Part shown: piece by piece, positions 52,916-64,000 of the stretch
How positions within the stretch are numbered: position 1 is the stretch's first letter
How the letters are laid out: each line of letters starts with the position of its first letter
Assembly: GCA_951406725.2 (NCBI GenBank)
Contig: OX597823.1
Span: 52,452,001 to 52,516,000, forward strand
Direction: 5' to 3'
Origin: Octopus vulgaris
Taxonomy: Eukaryota
DNA length: 64,000 nt
The notes under the pieces: model-generated
The model's database searches: none
Seen by the model: only the letters and a program-made list of their open reading frames with translations
What the model was told of the DNA's origin: nothing
Program-made: the position numbers and the translations under genes

Positions 52916-53193
52916 GACATTCGGATTGAACCCAGAACCATGTGGTTGGGAAGAAGACTAACTACACACCCATGCCTGTGCCTTCTATACATAGTATACG
53001 AGATACTATTAAGATATAAATAAAACTGTATGTAACTATTTTGAGTGTTCTTAAATGCTTTAGTTTTAATACAAGTTCTTAGATCAAGTCATCTGCCAAA
53101 CATTTACAACTCTGGGATATATGTTTTAATTTATTTCATAATTTGTGAAGAGTGACATTGTTGGTTACAGATTTCTAAACCATTGGTTCATAG

Positions 53194-53412
53194 CAGTGCG
53201 TTTCAAACTTTTTGCTGGAGCGGAACCCCAAGGAAATATTCCACTGGCTCGAGGAACCCCTGTGCAATAATTTAATAGTCTTATGCACACATATCTGCAC
53301 AGGTGACTCAAAAATTACTGCCAATTTTAGAAGTTTTGTAACTTCTGGAGAAACCCCTGCATTGTACTCGCAGAACCCTAAGGTTCCACGGAACCCTAGT
53401 TGAAAACCACTG
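53194..53412. mobile_element. hAT (Charlie-like) MITE
   Basis: Termini CAGTGCGTTTCAAAC and GTTGAAAACCACTG; internal GGAACCC repeats; degenerate 8-bp TSD GTTCATAG/GTTCACAC. Confidence 0.8.
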
Positions 53413-53539
53413 GTTCACACCATCACTGGTAGTGAGAGGCACATCTGTAACTTGATACAGACCAAATAGCACACGGGACTTCGTACAGCATCTGTTTTGC
53501 AGTTTTCTCAACAATATTTATGTATTTTTGCTGATATCG

Positions 53540-53770
53540 GCAGGTGAGCTGAAAAGTTCATAGCCTGACAATGAAAGACTGATGCAAGAACTGTGAAATC
53601 TGGCAAGCACTAATTTCAACACTTATCATTAACAACATTGTTTCTTTTTAGGTAAACTGACATCTAACTGTTCGAAGAAGACTTCAAAAGTAAATAATAG
53701 CAACTTCTCTTGAAAATGGAAAAAATTTGACTTTGCAGTGTTATCAAGTACCTACAGAAAAAAGGTTTTG
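53540..53770 (+). mobile_element. Mariner 5'-end fragment
   Basis: TIR-like GCTGAAAAGTTCATAG and N-terminal MEKI*LCSVIKYLQKKG. Confidence 0.6.
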
Positions 53771-54251
53771 CAAGGCTAGCTAATTTTTAAAATAAATGTA
53801 TATATATATATATATATATATACACGATGAGCTTTTCTCAGTTTCCATCTACTAAATTCACTCACAATCCTTTGGTCAGCCCAAGGCTATAGCAGAAGAC
53901 ACTTGCCCAAAGTATCACACAGTGGGATTGAACTCAGAACCATGTGGTTTGAAGCAAGCTTCTTATCACATAGCCATGCCTGCACCTAATATATATATTA
54001 TATAATATATATATATATATAACATATTATATATTATATAATATATATTATAATATATGTTTATCTATTTATATATATATATATACTTATATATTTATAT
54101 TTATATATATATAACATATATATATATATACATATATACATATATATATATATACTCATATACATATACATACATGCATACACACACACACACACATATA
54201 TATATGCATACACACACACGCATATATATATATGTATGTATATATAGAAAC

Positions 54252-54390
54252 TTGCTGTCAGTTCAAATATACCTAAGGCATATTCAGAACCATAAGAAAG
54301 CCATTCATTGCATTTTCTCCATGACAAAATACAATGAATGGCTTTCTTTTGAGTTCGAATATGCTTCAAGTATATTTGAACTGGTAACAA
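54252..54390. repeat. Imperfect 139-bp hairpin (65-bp arms, 9-nt loop)
   Basis: CAGTTCAAATATAC...AAGAAAGCCATTCATTG pairs with CAATGAATGGCTTTCTT...GTATATTTGAACTG. Confidence 0.9.
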
Positions 54391-54640
54391 ACTTGTATTT
54401 ATACACATCACTGCTTAGCACTGTAACACCATATAATATCTATATATATATGTATGTATGTATGTATATGCTGATGCAACGGCAGTGCATCATCATGGCT
54501 GCAGCTCTGAGGTGAAACTAGAGAAAAAATATATATATATGTATATGTATAAACATAAATATATATCAAGATATAGATAACTGTACATGTGTGTGTGTTT
54601 GTGTAAATGTACATGTGTATGTGAATGTGTTTGTATATAC

Positions 54641-54677
<37 letters not shown>

Positions 54678-56227
54678 TAAATAGATATAGATAGATAGAC
54701 AGAGAGACAAACAGACAGGCAGACAGACAGGAAGATAGGTCGATGAATTATTTTCCCCACAGATTCTAACTACAAAAATCCCCTCACAAGTTATTGCTTC
54801 CAAAGCTATCGTAGTGCTGTGCTGTGAGATCAAATGCAGATCAACCCACATAAGAATGAAACATTTTATCCACATACCCATTCCTGATAAGATCCTTCCA
54901 ATCCATATTTCTGTACAACAATCATAACTTTGTTCTCTCTTAATTTCATATTCAAAAATTAATTTAATTGCTGATAAAATTATTTCTTTCTCTTAAAGAA
55001 AATTGGTTATACTTATTTTGACATCTGATGGCCCAACCCATGCCAGCATGGAAATCAGACGTTAAATGAGGATGATGATTAAAAGAGGATTCCTTATTAC
55101 CCCATTGTTTGGTGTTGTTTGTTTTGAATATTTTATCACTGGCATATTGAATCCCTAAAGTACTTGGGGTGATGTACTTGTAAGCTACTCCAGTAGTTGA
55201 AATATTTCATCAACACAATAATATACGTTTTTCCTTTGTTTTGTATATTGGATATATGTATGATATATTGTGTGCCAGTCTTAATTCTACATGAATCATT
55301 TTATCAGTAATGTTTTTCATATTTATTAAAGGGATGCAATTCAAAGTTTTCACTTGGTTTAAGAACATATTGCTAGTGTCACTTAGTCAAGTGACTAAAC
55401 AGAAAGTTCTTCACAGACAAATACTACTTTAAAATGCTTATGAAATTAATTGTTTTAACCAGAGAATTGATAACACCAATGCCTTTTCCATTTATCCATG
55501 TTAGCATTTTACTTCTACTATCAAATTTATATTCATACACAAATGCACAAATGCATATATGCTCGAGTACATATGTATACATTCACAAACATAGACACTT
55601 ACTTGTGTATGCATTTGTTTTGTGTGTGTTTATGTGCGTTTTATAGATGTATATAATTCAAGATAGATTGTTTCTAGTGGTCTGTCATATATTTATTCCC
55701 AAATATTTTCCACTACAAACATTTTGTTATTGATATTCTTTGTGCAGCATTTAATAACATATCAGTAACAAGATAATATTGTAAACTATAATTTCAATCC
55801 AATATTTTCATTGAATTATTATATCTAAGAGATAGTCTAAACAAGTGAATATGGAATCACAGTTGATAATCTGATGGAAGAAATTAATGAAGACCATGTA
55901 ATATATAATATATAACAGCATACAATATATGGGTTCCTCAGTTATTCGGTTTGTAACTCTTGAAAGCATTAACCATACACATGAAAATTACTTATTTTGT
56001 TCATCTTGTGTTATAGCATATTTCTATATCTATTTTCATGCAGAGAAATTTGCAGAATTATGCTATGGTGTTAAAAGTTATATAGAAATAATTTCATTTA
56101 TTTTTTTAAAAATTCTATGTGTTTACAAGAGGAATTAGAAATGTAGGCCTGTAAATATAAGTGAAATTTTGAAATTAGGAATGATGTAAATCTGCAATAC
56201 ATTCTATGCATATATTTAGATGTCTGT

Positions 56228-56545
56228 GTGAAGGTATGTGACTTAGTGGTTAGGTATTTGGATTATGATCACAAGGTCCTGAATTCAATTCCCAGCAGTG
56301 TGTTGTGTCCTCCTTGTCCAAGACACTTTATTTCACATTGCTCCAGTTCACTCAGCTGACAAAAATTAGTAGTACCTGTATTTAATAGGTCCAACATTGT
56401 AACATTCTGTGTCATGCTGAATCTCCCTGAGAACTACATTAAGGGTATGCATATCTGAGGAGTTCTCAGACACTTGCACATTAATTTCACAAGCAGTTGC
56501 TCCATTGATTAAACCAATAGCAACATTTGTTGTTGTAACCGAGAG
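56228..56545 (+). mobile_element. SINE family C
   Basis: tRNA-like head, CCAAGACACTTTATTTCAC, and a body shared with 8806-9835. Confidence 0.75.
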
Positions 56546-56562
56546 AATTATTCAGATATCTA

Positions 56563-57812
56563 CACAGACATGACAGAAGTAAATAGACACCTCATAAAAC
56601 ATCATTTTATGTTTTTTTTTAATTTGAATAGGTTTATTTGACATTTTCATGTTTCAGGTTTTATATGTGACTGTTTAATCATGCCACATACAAAAGAAAT
56701 CTTGGAACTGCCTGGATTTCCTAGAGACTGTATTGTGAGTCAATCTGAAGGTGGACTTCATCAGCATAAAATCACAGAAAACCGAGGGATCCTACTTTTT
56801 TCAGTTAATACATTGATTGTGCAATTCAGTGGAGAGGTAAGGAGTTCCCATCACATTGTGCAGGTCGATCAGGGATCTCTGACAGGATACTTTGCTTTGT
56901 TAAGAGAAGCGTGGAAGATAATCCTCATTGCAAAGCCTCTGGCAGAGTAGAACAAGTTGATGTCAGTCCCAGAACAGCTGTTACATATCTCTACAAACTT
57001 GGCTACTATGGAAACCACTTCTTTGACCAGCCAATTTCAAGTGGAGAAAAGATTGGGCCAGTGTAATGGGGGAGAGACCACTATATTATAGGACACTGAC
57101 ATATTCTCTGATGAGTCCAGATATGCTGTATTTTCTGACAGCGATTAGGTGTTGATCTGGAAACCTTGTGATCAAGTATTTGAAATGAAAAGATTGCAGC
57201 CAACAATGAAACACTGTGACTATTCTGTGATGGTCTGGAAGAGGAATTTGGAGCAACGTTTGATCAGAGCGGGCAGAGTGTGAGGGAAACATTGACTTAG
57301 ATAAATATGTGTCCATAATGCAGAAAGGACTCCTTCCAATCTTCTCCAGTGGTGGAATGATTAAAGAAGACACTTTATTTATGGAAGATGGGGTTTCTCA
57401 TCACATGGTTAAAAAGATCCAAGTTTGGTTGGAAGAGAATGGCATTATAAAGCTTCCATGGGCAAGCCATTCACCAGATATGAACCCTATTGAACACCTC
57501 TGGGGCATAATGGACAGGATGATTCACAAAAAGACCAAGAAAGCATCCTTAAGACCAGATCTTTTTAGATTACTGTATGAAACTTGGAAAGAAATTCCTC
57601 AAGAGAATATTTGTCATCAGATCATTAACATGCCTAATAGGGGCCTTGCATTGAAAAATGTAAAAGGCATCGCTATTAAATATTAAATATTCACATTATG
57701 ATAACTAATAAATAATTCGAATGCACAATTTCAGACTTAAGTAAATTGTAACAATTATAAGTGTGTCTGAGTATATGATGTCTACATATTCTTTTAGCCA
57801 ACACTCTCTGTT
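56563..57812 (+). mobile_element. Tc1-like (DD34E) transposon, degenerate
   Basis: Fragmented transposase 56681-57686: FSDES, VMVW, FMEDG-(34 aa)-E in WASHSPDMNPIEHLW. TIRs are poorly preserved. Confidence 0.88.
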
Positions 57813-57849
57813 ACAATATTTGCAAATAATACAACTACATATATGTGTG

Positions 57850-57924
<75 letters not shown>

Positions 57925-57933
<9 letters not shown>

Positions 57934-58834
57934 ACGTTATATAGTTAGAGTTCAGTAAAATAATTTACTTTACCACACACTGAACTTTTAGAAATAGCAG
58001 CCAAAAAATCTTAGCTATTTCTTCTACTATAAGAAATATCTCCCAGACAATGTATACTCAAAAATAATTCACACAGGTATGGAGGGAAAAATAACAAAAG
58101 ATCACATGTACATTAAGATTACTTGAGAACGTACGTTTCTAGATTAGTTGAATTTAAAAATCAACATTTCCTTCGTTAGCTCAAAGATTTCTTAGATTTG
58201 GATTTGAGAGCACTAAGAATCGAACATACCCGTCTGATATGAGTAAACCCAGACAAACCATCTTCGACCGCCAGTACCAACGAATTCAAACAGTGCGAAT
58301 GAAGCTTTGCATTCATCCCGCTTTGTTTACTCTATAACTCACGTGGGTGGAAGTGGGATGAATGCGAAGCTTCATTTGTACTGTTTGAATTCGTTGGTAC
58401 TGGCAGTCGAAGGTGGTTTATCTGGGTTTACTCATATCAGACGGGTATGTTCGATTTTTAGTGCTCTCAAATCCAAATCTAAGAAATCTTTGAGCTGACG
58501 AAGGAAATGTTGATTTTTAAATTCAACTAATCTAGAAACGTACGTTCTCAAGTAATCTTAATGTACATGTGATCTTTTGTTATTTTTCCCTCCATACCTG
58601 CGTGAATTATTTTTGAGTATACATTGTCTGGGAGATATTTCTTATAGTAGAAGAAATAGCTAAGATTTTTTGGCTGCTATTTCTAAAAGTTCAGTGTGTG
58701 GTAAAGTAAATTATTTTACTGAACCCTAATTATATAACGTAATGTTTTAAATATACCTTAAATGGTCCTCTTACATACTGAACACTACTTGGTAAAATTA
58801 ATTTATAATTAATTGATTTTACCCTTTTATTATT

Positions 58835-58836
<2 letters not shown>
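57925..58836. mobile_element. Retrozyme-like/Penelope-derived element with an inverted 399-bp copy (palindrome)
   Basis: Arms 57925-58323 and 58351-58749, about 12 mismatches by eye, 27-nt spacer. Same family as 10496-11170; (TA)n on both sides. Confidence 0.9.
58489..58552 (+). ncRNA. Type I hammerhead ribozyme (Penelope-type), intact core
   Basis: TTTGAG-CTGACGA-a-GGA..GTTGA/TCAAC..TCT-a-GAAA-CGTACG-TT-CTCAAG; palindrome ACGTACGT. The mirror copy at 58122-58185 (-) has the core CTAACGA. Confidence 0.85.
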
Positions 58837-58876
<40 letters not shown>

Positions 58877-58907
58877 TGCATATATATATATATATATATA
58901 TATATTT

Positions 58908-59330
58908 TCTTTATTCGTTTACTTGTTTCAGTCAGTTGACTGCAGCCATGTTGGAGCACCACCTTCAAGGGTTTTAGTCAAGGAACTTGACCCCAGGACT
59001 TATTCTTTGTAAGCCTAGTACTTATTCTGTCAGACTCTTTTGCTGAATCACTAGTTTTGCTGAACTACTAAGGGGATGTAAATACACCAACATTGGTTGT
59101 CAAGTGATGGTGGGAGAGAAAATGACACAAAGACTTACACACATAAATACATACATATATATATATGTATATATACGATGGGCTTCTTTTCGGTTTCCAT
59201 CTACCAAATTCACTCACAAGGACTTGGTCAGCCCATGGCTATAATAGAAGACTCTTGCCCAAAGTGCCACACAGTGGGACTGAACCCAGTACCATATGAT
59301 TGAGAAGCAAGCTTCTTACCACACAACCTT
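58908..59330 (-). mobile_element. SINE family A
   Basis: Full body on the minus strand. Confidence 0.88.
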
Positions 59331-59920
59331 TACCTATATATACAAATACACACACACACACACACACACAATACACACACAATATTTTAATGGAAAGAAA
59401 ACATGGTATAGGTTGACAGGTGATGTTGCAATCCTCAGTTGAGATTTCAAAAGTGACTGTATTTAATCCCGTTATAGCATTAATAATACATCCTTAACGA
59501 ATTAATCCATCTAGTTTACTTGAACCCTTAATGAAAGTAGATTTATAAGCAATATGTTTGTCTGTGGATGGTTTAAGAGGATACATAATTGTTGATGAAA
59601 CTCAAACACAGGATTAAAACTGTTCCCTATTTTCTCTGTTCATGAAAATACTGTAGATACACATAAATAGTTTCCATTTGTCATACCATAAAGTGTTTGT
59701 GGAAAAATCTACAGAAATGTTCTTAAATATAGGAGAGCAAAGAATCAAAATGCACACTAGTAATTTAATATTTAGTTATTGTAAGACAGCAAGCTAGTAG
59801 AAATGGTAGCACCCTGGGAAAACTGTTCAGTGGCATTTTGTCCATCTTTATGTTCTGAGTTCAAATTCTTCTGAGGTCAACTTTGCCTTATATCCTTTCA
59901 GAGTCAATTTAATCAACTTA

Positions 59921-60134
59921 TAAAGGAGTGTTGAAAAGTTCCTGGCTTTCAGGGTATGACAAAAGGCCTTGTTGGATACCCAACCTTTAATGTTCTTTTA
60001 CAGGGCTTAGAGAAACTGAAGAACTACTGCAATAAGTCTGTGCATCTGAGAGGGGAATATCTTGAATAAAATCATAATTAACTGATTCTCCTCTGTTTTC
60101 TTTTACCCAAAGCCAGGAACTTTTCAGCACCACA
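59921..60134 (+). mobile_element. Mariner-derived MITE nested in SINE B (59783-60180)
   Basis: TIRs GTGTTGAAAAGTTCCTGGCTTT and AAAGCCAGGAACTTTTCAGCAC; internal transposase tail GLEKLKNYCNKSVHLRGEYLE*. Confidence 0.85.
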
Positions 60135-61264
60135 TTGAACCTTGAAATTGCTGGCCTTGAGCCAAAATTTGAAACCGATATTCAGCTATTATATGTTTAG
60201 AAGTATTAGTGGCATAAAATTATGGCAAAAAAAAATAACAAAATAACTGAGTGGCAAAAATGTAGAACATCAGATAATTCATTTTTTATGGTTCAATCAG
60301 AGCAAGCAGTACAGTGCCCATAACCTTTGAAGGCTCTGTAGGAACTTATGATAAAGGCAAGGGAAGAAGAAATCACAAGTAGCACATCTAAATGATAATT
60401 TATCTTTCCATAGATCAGAGATCTAGTAAGAATGTCTGAACCCAAGAGACAGATGGTGGTGTTAAATTGAGCAGTGTTTTGTTCTAGCCTTCTAGATATT
60501 GAGTTCAAATCATGCTGAGGTCAACTTTGATTTCCATTCTTCCTGGGTCAATAAGTACTTGTCATGTACTGGGATTGATTTATTACACAATACCCATCTA
60601 GCTAAAAATGTTTGGCCTTGCGCCAAAGCTAGGAATCATTAATTATAAAACCTTATGCAGGCAGTGCTCTGGAATGACATTAGCTGTAGTGGCATTAGCT
60701 ATGATGGTTAAAGCATATTAGAGAACTAAAGAAAAGTATCTTTCCTATTTTTGTCTGTATTGTCAATTTTGGGACAGATTTTGTGATCATCTTCAGATGC
60801 TAAAATGTTTACATGTAAATATATTCTTGGGTGACAGTTGTTAACAATATTTCTATCTCAGTTTAAATATATTGATACATACTGAAAATATACACTTGAA
60901 GACAATTCATTAATTCTTTTATTTTTTTTTTTACTAGTTTCAGTCATTGGACTGAAGCCATATTAGGGCATTGCCTTCAAAGGTTTTAGTTGGACATATT
61001 GATCCCCTACATATTTTGGTACTTATTTTGTCATTCTCAAAGTGTCAAACGACTAAGTTATGGTAAGGAAACACAACATAAAAAAACACCATTATCAGTA
61101 TAAAACACTAGTCTTATTTATTAAAACAGCTGTCTATAGGAATATAAAGACACAGCTGATAGTACAGTTAATTCATATTATCATATTTTATAAGGATACT
61201 TTATAGTGTTCATCTATTTTCAATAGATGCATCTGTAGAATATGGTATGTGATACACAGAGTAA

Positions 61265-61631
61265 TCTCTCTATATATAAAGCTGAAGTTGTCTGTGTATG
61301 GCAGGTTTGGTAGCCTTCAACTAACACTATCTCCTCCGAGACCCTGCGACCCAAGTTGACCAAAATGGAGAGTATGATAGAAGAAGACTTGCTCTTCTTT
61401 TCGTAGAAGAAAAATTCAAATCGGACCATGTTAACACCAAAACTTATTTACATCAAAAAGGTGCTTTTTTTCTATGAAAATGTCACCATTTTTTGATGTA
61501 TTTCAACCAGAAAAATGTTCACTTAAAGAGAATAACAAGCTACATGATGCAAAATATTTACTTTTCAAAAACTCCAATTCTAAAGGGTCGAAAAGAAAAT
61601 AAACCTGAGCAATGCCGGACGATACTGCTAG
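61265..61631 (+). mobile_element. Non-autonomous Helitron
   Basis: A|TCTCTCTATATATAAAGC ... degenerate GC hairpin CCTGAGCAATGCCGG ... CTAG|T; no TSD. Confidence 0.75.
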
Positions 61632-63363
61632 TATCTGGTAAAAATAAGATGAGACATTCAAATATGCTGACATTATTTCATATGCTGCTAAATCTTGTTA
61701 CCAATCAAATTGAGAACATTCCTCCACAATTAACCCTTTTGTGTGCATAGTAGTAATTTTATCTTCTTATCATTAGTTTGCAAACTCACTTTTGAAAAGT
61801 AAATGTATGTATGTAATATGCACATGAATGTGTTGATATCTGCGTGTATTTGTGTTTTTGTTTGTACGCAGTGCTTAAACATCCAGAAAATGCACCTATT
61901 CAAGATAATGGTAGTAACTCGTTTTATAACTGTTTTTATTTTAATTACTTGAGGAGAGCAAAGCTTAGTAGAAAGAGAACTGTGTTTTCTATGATCTCAT
62001 TTTAAAGTCTTTATTTCTCTAATTTATCATGTTGACATCCTTCAAGGTCTTTATGGGCAAGAAGTTTACATTAAAAGATAGAATTCTTTTCAACTTACTT
62101 ATGCACAAGACACTTTACAAATACCTGTGCATAATTTCAGTGGGAAGCTGGTCTTTCCAAAAGAAACCCTAATAGGTAGTGTTGTCATTAAGAATATAAT
62201 TAGTTTTGCTCTTATAAAAGGGTATTTCAACTTCATCTGTTATTTATGCAGACAATATAAAAGTATAAAACAAGACAATACATTAAGGAAAGATAGTATT
62301 ATATGTCATGTAAAGAAACCTAGGAATGTCTCACCAATGCTATAGCAGGATTAGAAACAGAAAGAAGAAAAAAAAAAGTCATGCAAATATATCTCACTGC
62401 AAAATCTTGAGCGAAAATGCCAAAGGAAAGGGACAGCTTAAATATACATCTAAAAGAAACAATTAGTGAATCTTAGTTGTTTTTCTTCTCTGCTTACTGA
62501 TATTCTTAAGAATTAGATTTAACAGTGTTTGACCAATGAAATAATGATTTAGCTACCGGTTAGGTTCCATCAATTAACAGCCATAGGCTTTAACAAGAAA
62601 TTCACTTCCCACATGTATCAAGTGAAGAAAACTGATTTATCTTACAAAATCATTCACCAAACTTTGGACATTTCCTTTTATATTTCTCGTTGGAACCTTA
62701 TTTTTCTTCACTGCTAATATGCACACTGAGTTGTGGATGACATATCATTACTTACAAAGCATATATATATATATATATTTGTGTGTGTGTGTGTGTGTAT
62801 GCATACATATTTATATATACACACATATGCATATATATATATATATATAGATAGATAGACACCCACACACATATAAACACATATGTTAAGGTATGTATAT
62901 ATATATGTATACATATACATATATATATATATGCGTATGCACACACACACGCACATACGCACAAACACAAACACACAAAGTAATATGTTTGTATGTTGAT
63001 ATCGCTCAAGTAGAAATTATCATAGGAAAAAAATTGTTTCTGACTATACCAAAAGAAAGTTCTTGAATATAAATATGTATGTTAGGTTCTGGAGGTGTAC
63101 AAAGTTATTGTGTAGTTTATAAGATTATCAAAATATGTGACAATATAAAGTTAGAGAAATAAATTAATAAGACTTCAAAACTAATTTCTTTTTCTTTTTT
63201 TTTTTTGTATAAACAGGGGAAATGAATGACAGAAGCTAAAGAAATTATAGAAATAACAACATATCACTTATGTATATATATATAAATACACATACATATA
63301 TAATAATATATAGACCCAAATATATGTGTATGTGTTTGTAGACATAAAACACACACAAACATG

Positions 63364-63457
<94 letters not shown>

Positions 63458-63513
63458 AGGATAGTGAGAGGGATGCAAACCTATATGCATGCATATATAT
63501 ATATATATATACA

Positions 63514-64000
63514 CAGGGTTCGGTGAATAAACTGTCATCTAAATTACACAAAAATGAAAATAACACTAACATCTCATCGTAACAGATATATTTACCAAAA
63601 TTACATACAAATTTCTTGAAATACTACAGAGTACATTTATTCAATAAAATCACCATTGACTTCAACCACAGCCTCCAGTTGACTTCGGAATCTCCTGCAA
63701 CTCTTCTGGACAGTCTCATTGTTTAAGTTGGTGAATACGCTTTAATCCTTACCTTCTTTTCATCTTTGGTGTTACAAAGAGTTTTGCTGGTCTCTTGCTC
63801 AACTGCACCCCATACATAATAATCAAGAGGGTTGCAGTCTTGGGAGTTAGGTGGCCAGATGTTAGAGGGGATGTGGTTGTAGAAATTTTCTGGAAGCCAT
63901 GACTGGGTTCTCCTGCTTGTGTGGCATGGTGCAGAGTCCTGTTGCCAGACATAGGGTCTTCCAGAAGCCACCCTGTTGACCCAGGGTAACACTACCTCCT
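63514..64000 (-). mobile_element. maT/DD37D Tc1-mariner transposon, 3' part (runs off the window)
   Basis: WQQD-(37 aa)-D in WPPNSQDCNPLDYYVW; frameshifted C-terminus LEAVVEVNGDFIE* (stop 63637-63639); TIR-like CAGGGT at 63514. Confidence 0.88.

Overview
AT-rich, microsatellite-saturated eukaryotic non-coding DNA (intron or intergenic). The repeat content looks like a coleoid cephalopod, most likely Octopus; this is an inference from the style of the repeats, not a database match. I can support no intact protein-coding gene, and almost all ORFs in the supplied track are translations of simple repeats. The window is a dense, nested graveyard of mobile elements: several tRNA-derived SINE families, RTE and R4/Dong-type LINE 3' fragments, degenerate mariner (DD34D), Tc1 (DD34E) and maT (DD37D) transposons, piggyBac, hAT and mariner MITEs, Helitron/Helentron derivatives, a Ty3/Gypsy gag relic and a Penelope GIY-YIG endonuclease relic. 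The main discovery is a set of minimal type-I hammerhead ribozyme motifs of the Penelope-associated kind (CUGANGA...GAAA, palindromic stem III, then UH) in at least four unrelated non-coding repeat families. These are: (1) a tRNA-headed SINE carrying a hammerhead (37.1-37.4, 37.8-38.0 and 50.3-50.6 kb); (2) a 562-bp retrozyme-like unit found as a circularly permuted 1.2x tandem (10.5-11.2 kb) and as a 399-bp-arm palindrome (57.9-58.8 kb), with a compensatory stem I change between copies; (3) further motifs at 20.8 and 6.4 kb. An 847-bp unit at 14.7 kb also carries a speculative hammerhead whose strands lie in non-canonical order. Together these suggest a community of non-autonomous, Penelope-mobilised ribozyme retroelements. 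All structures were read by eye; none was folded computationally or tested.
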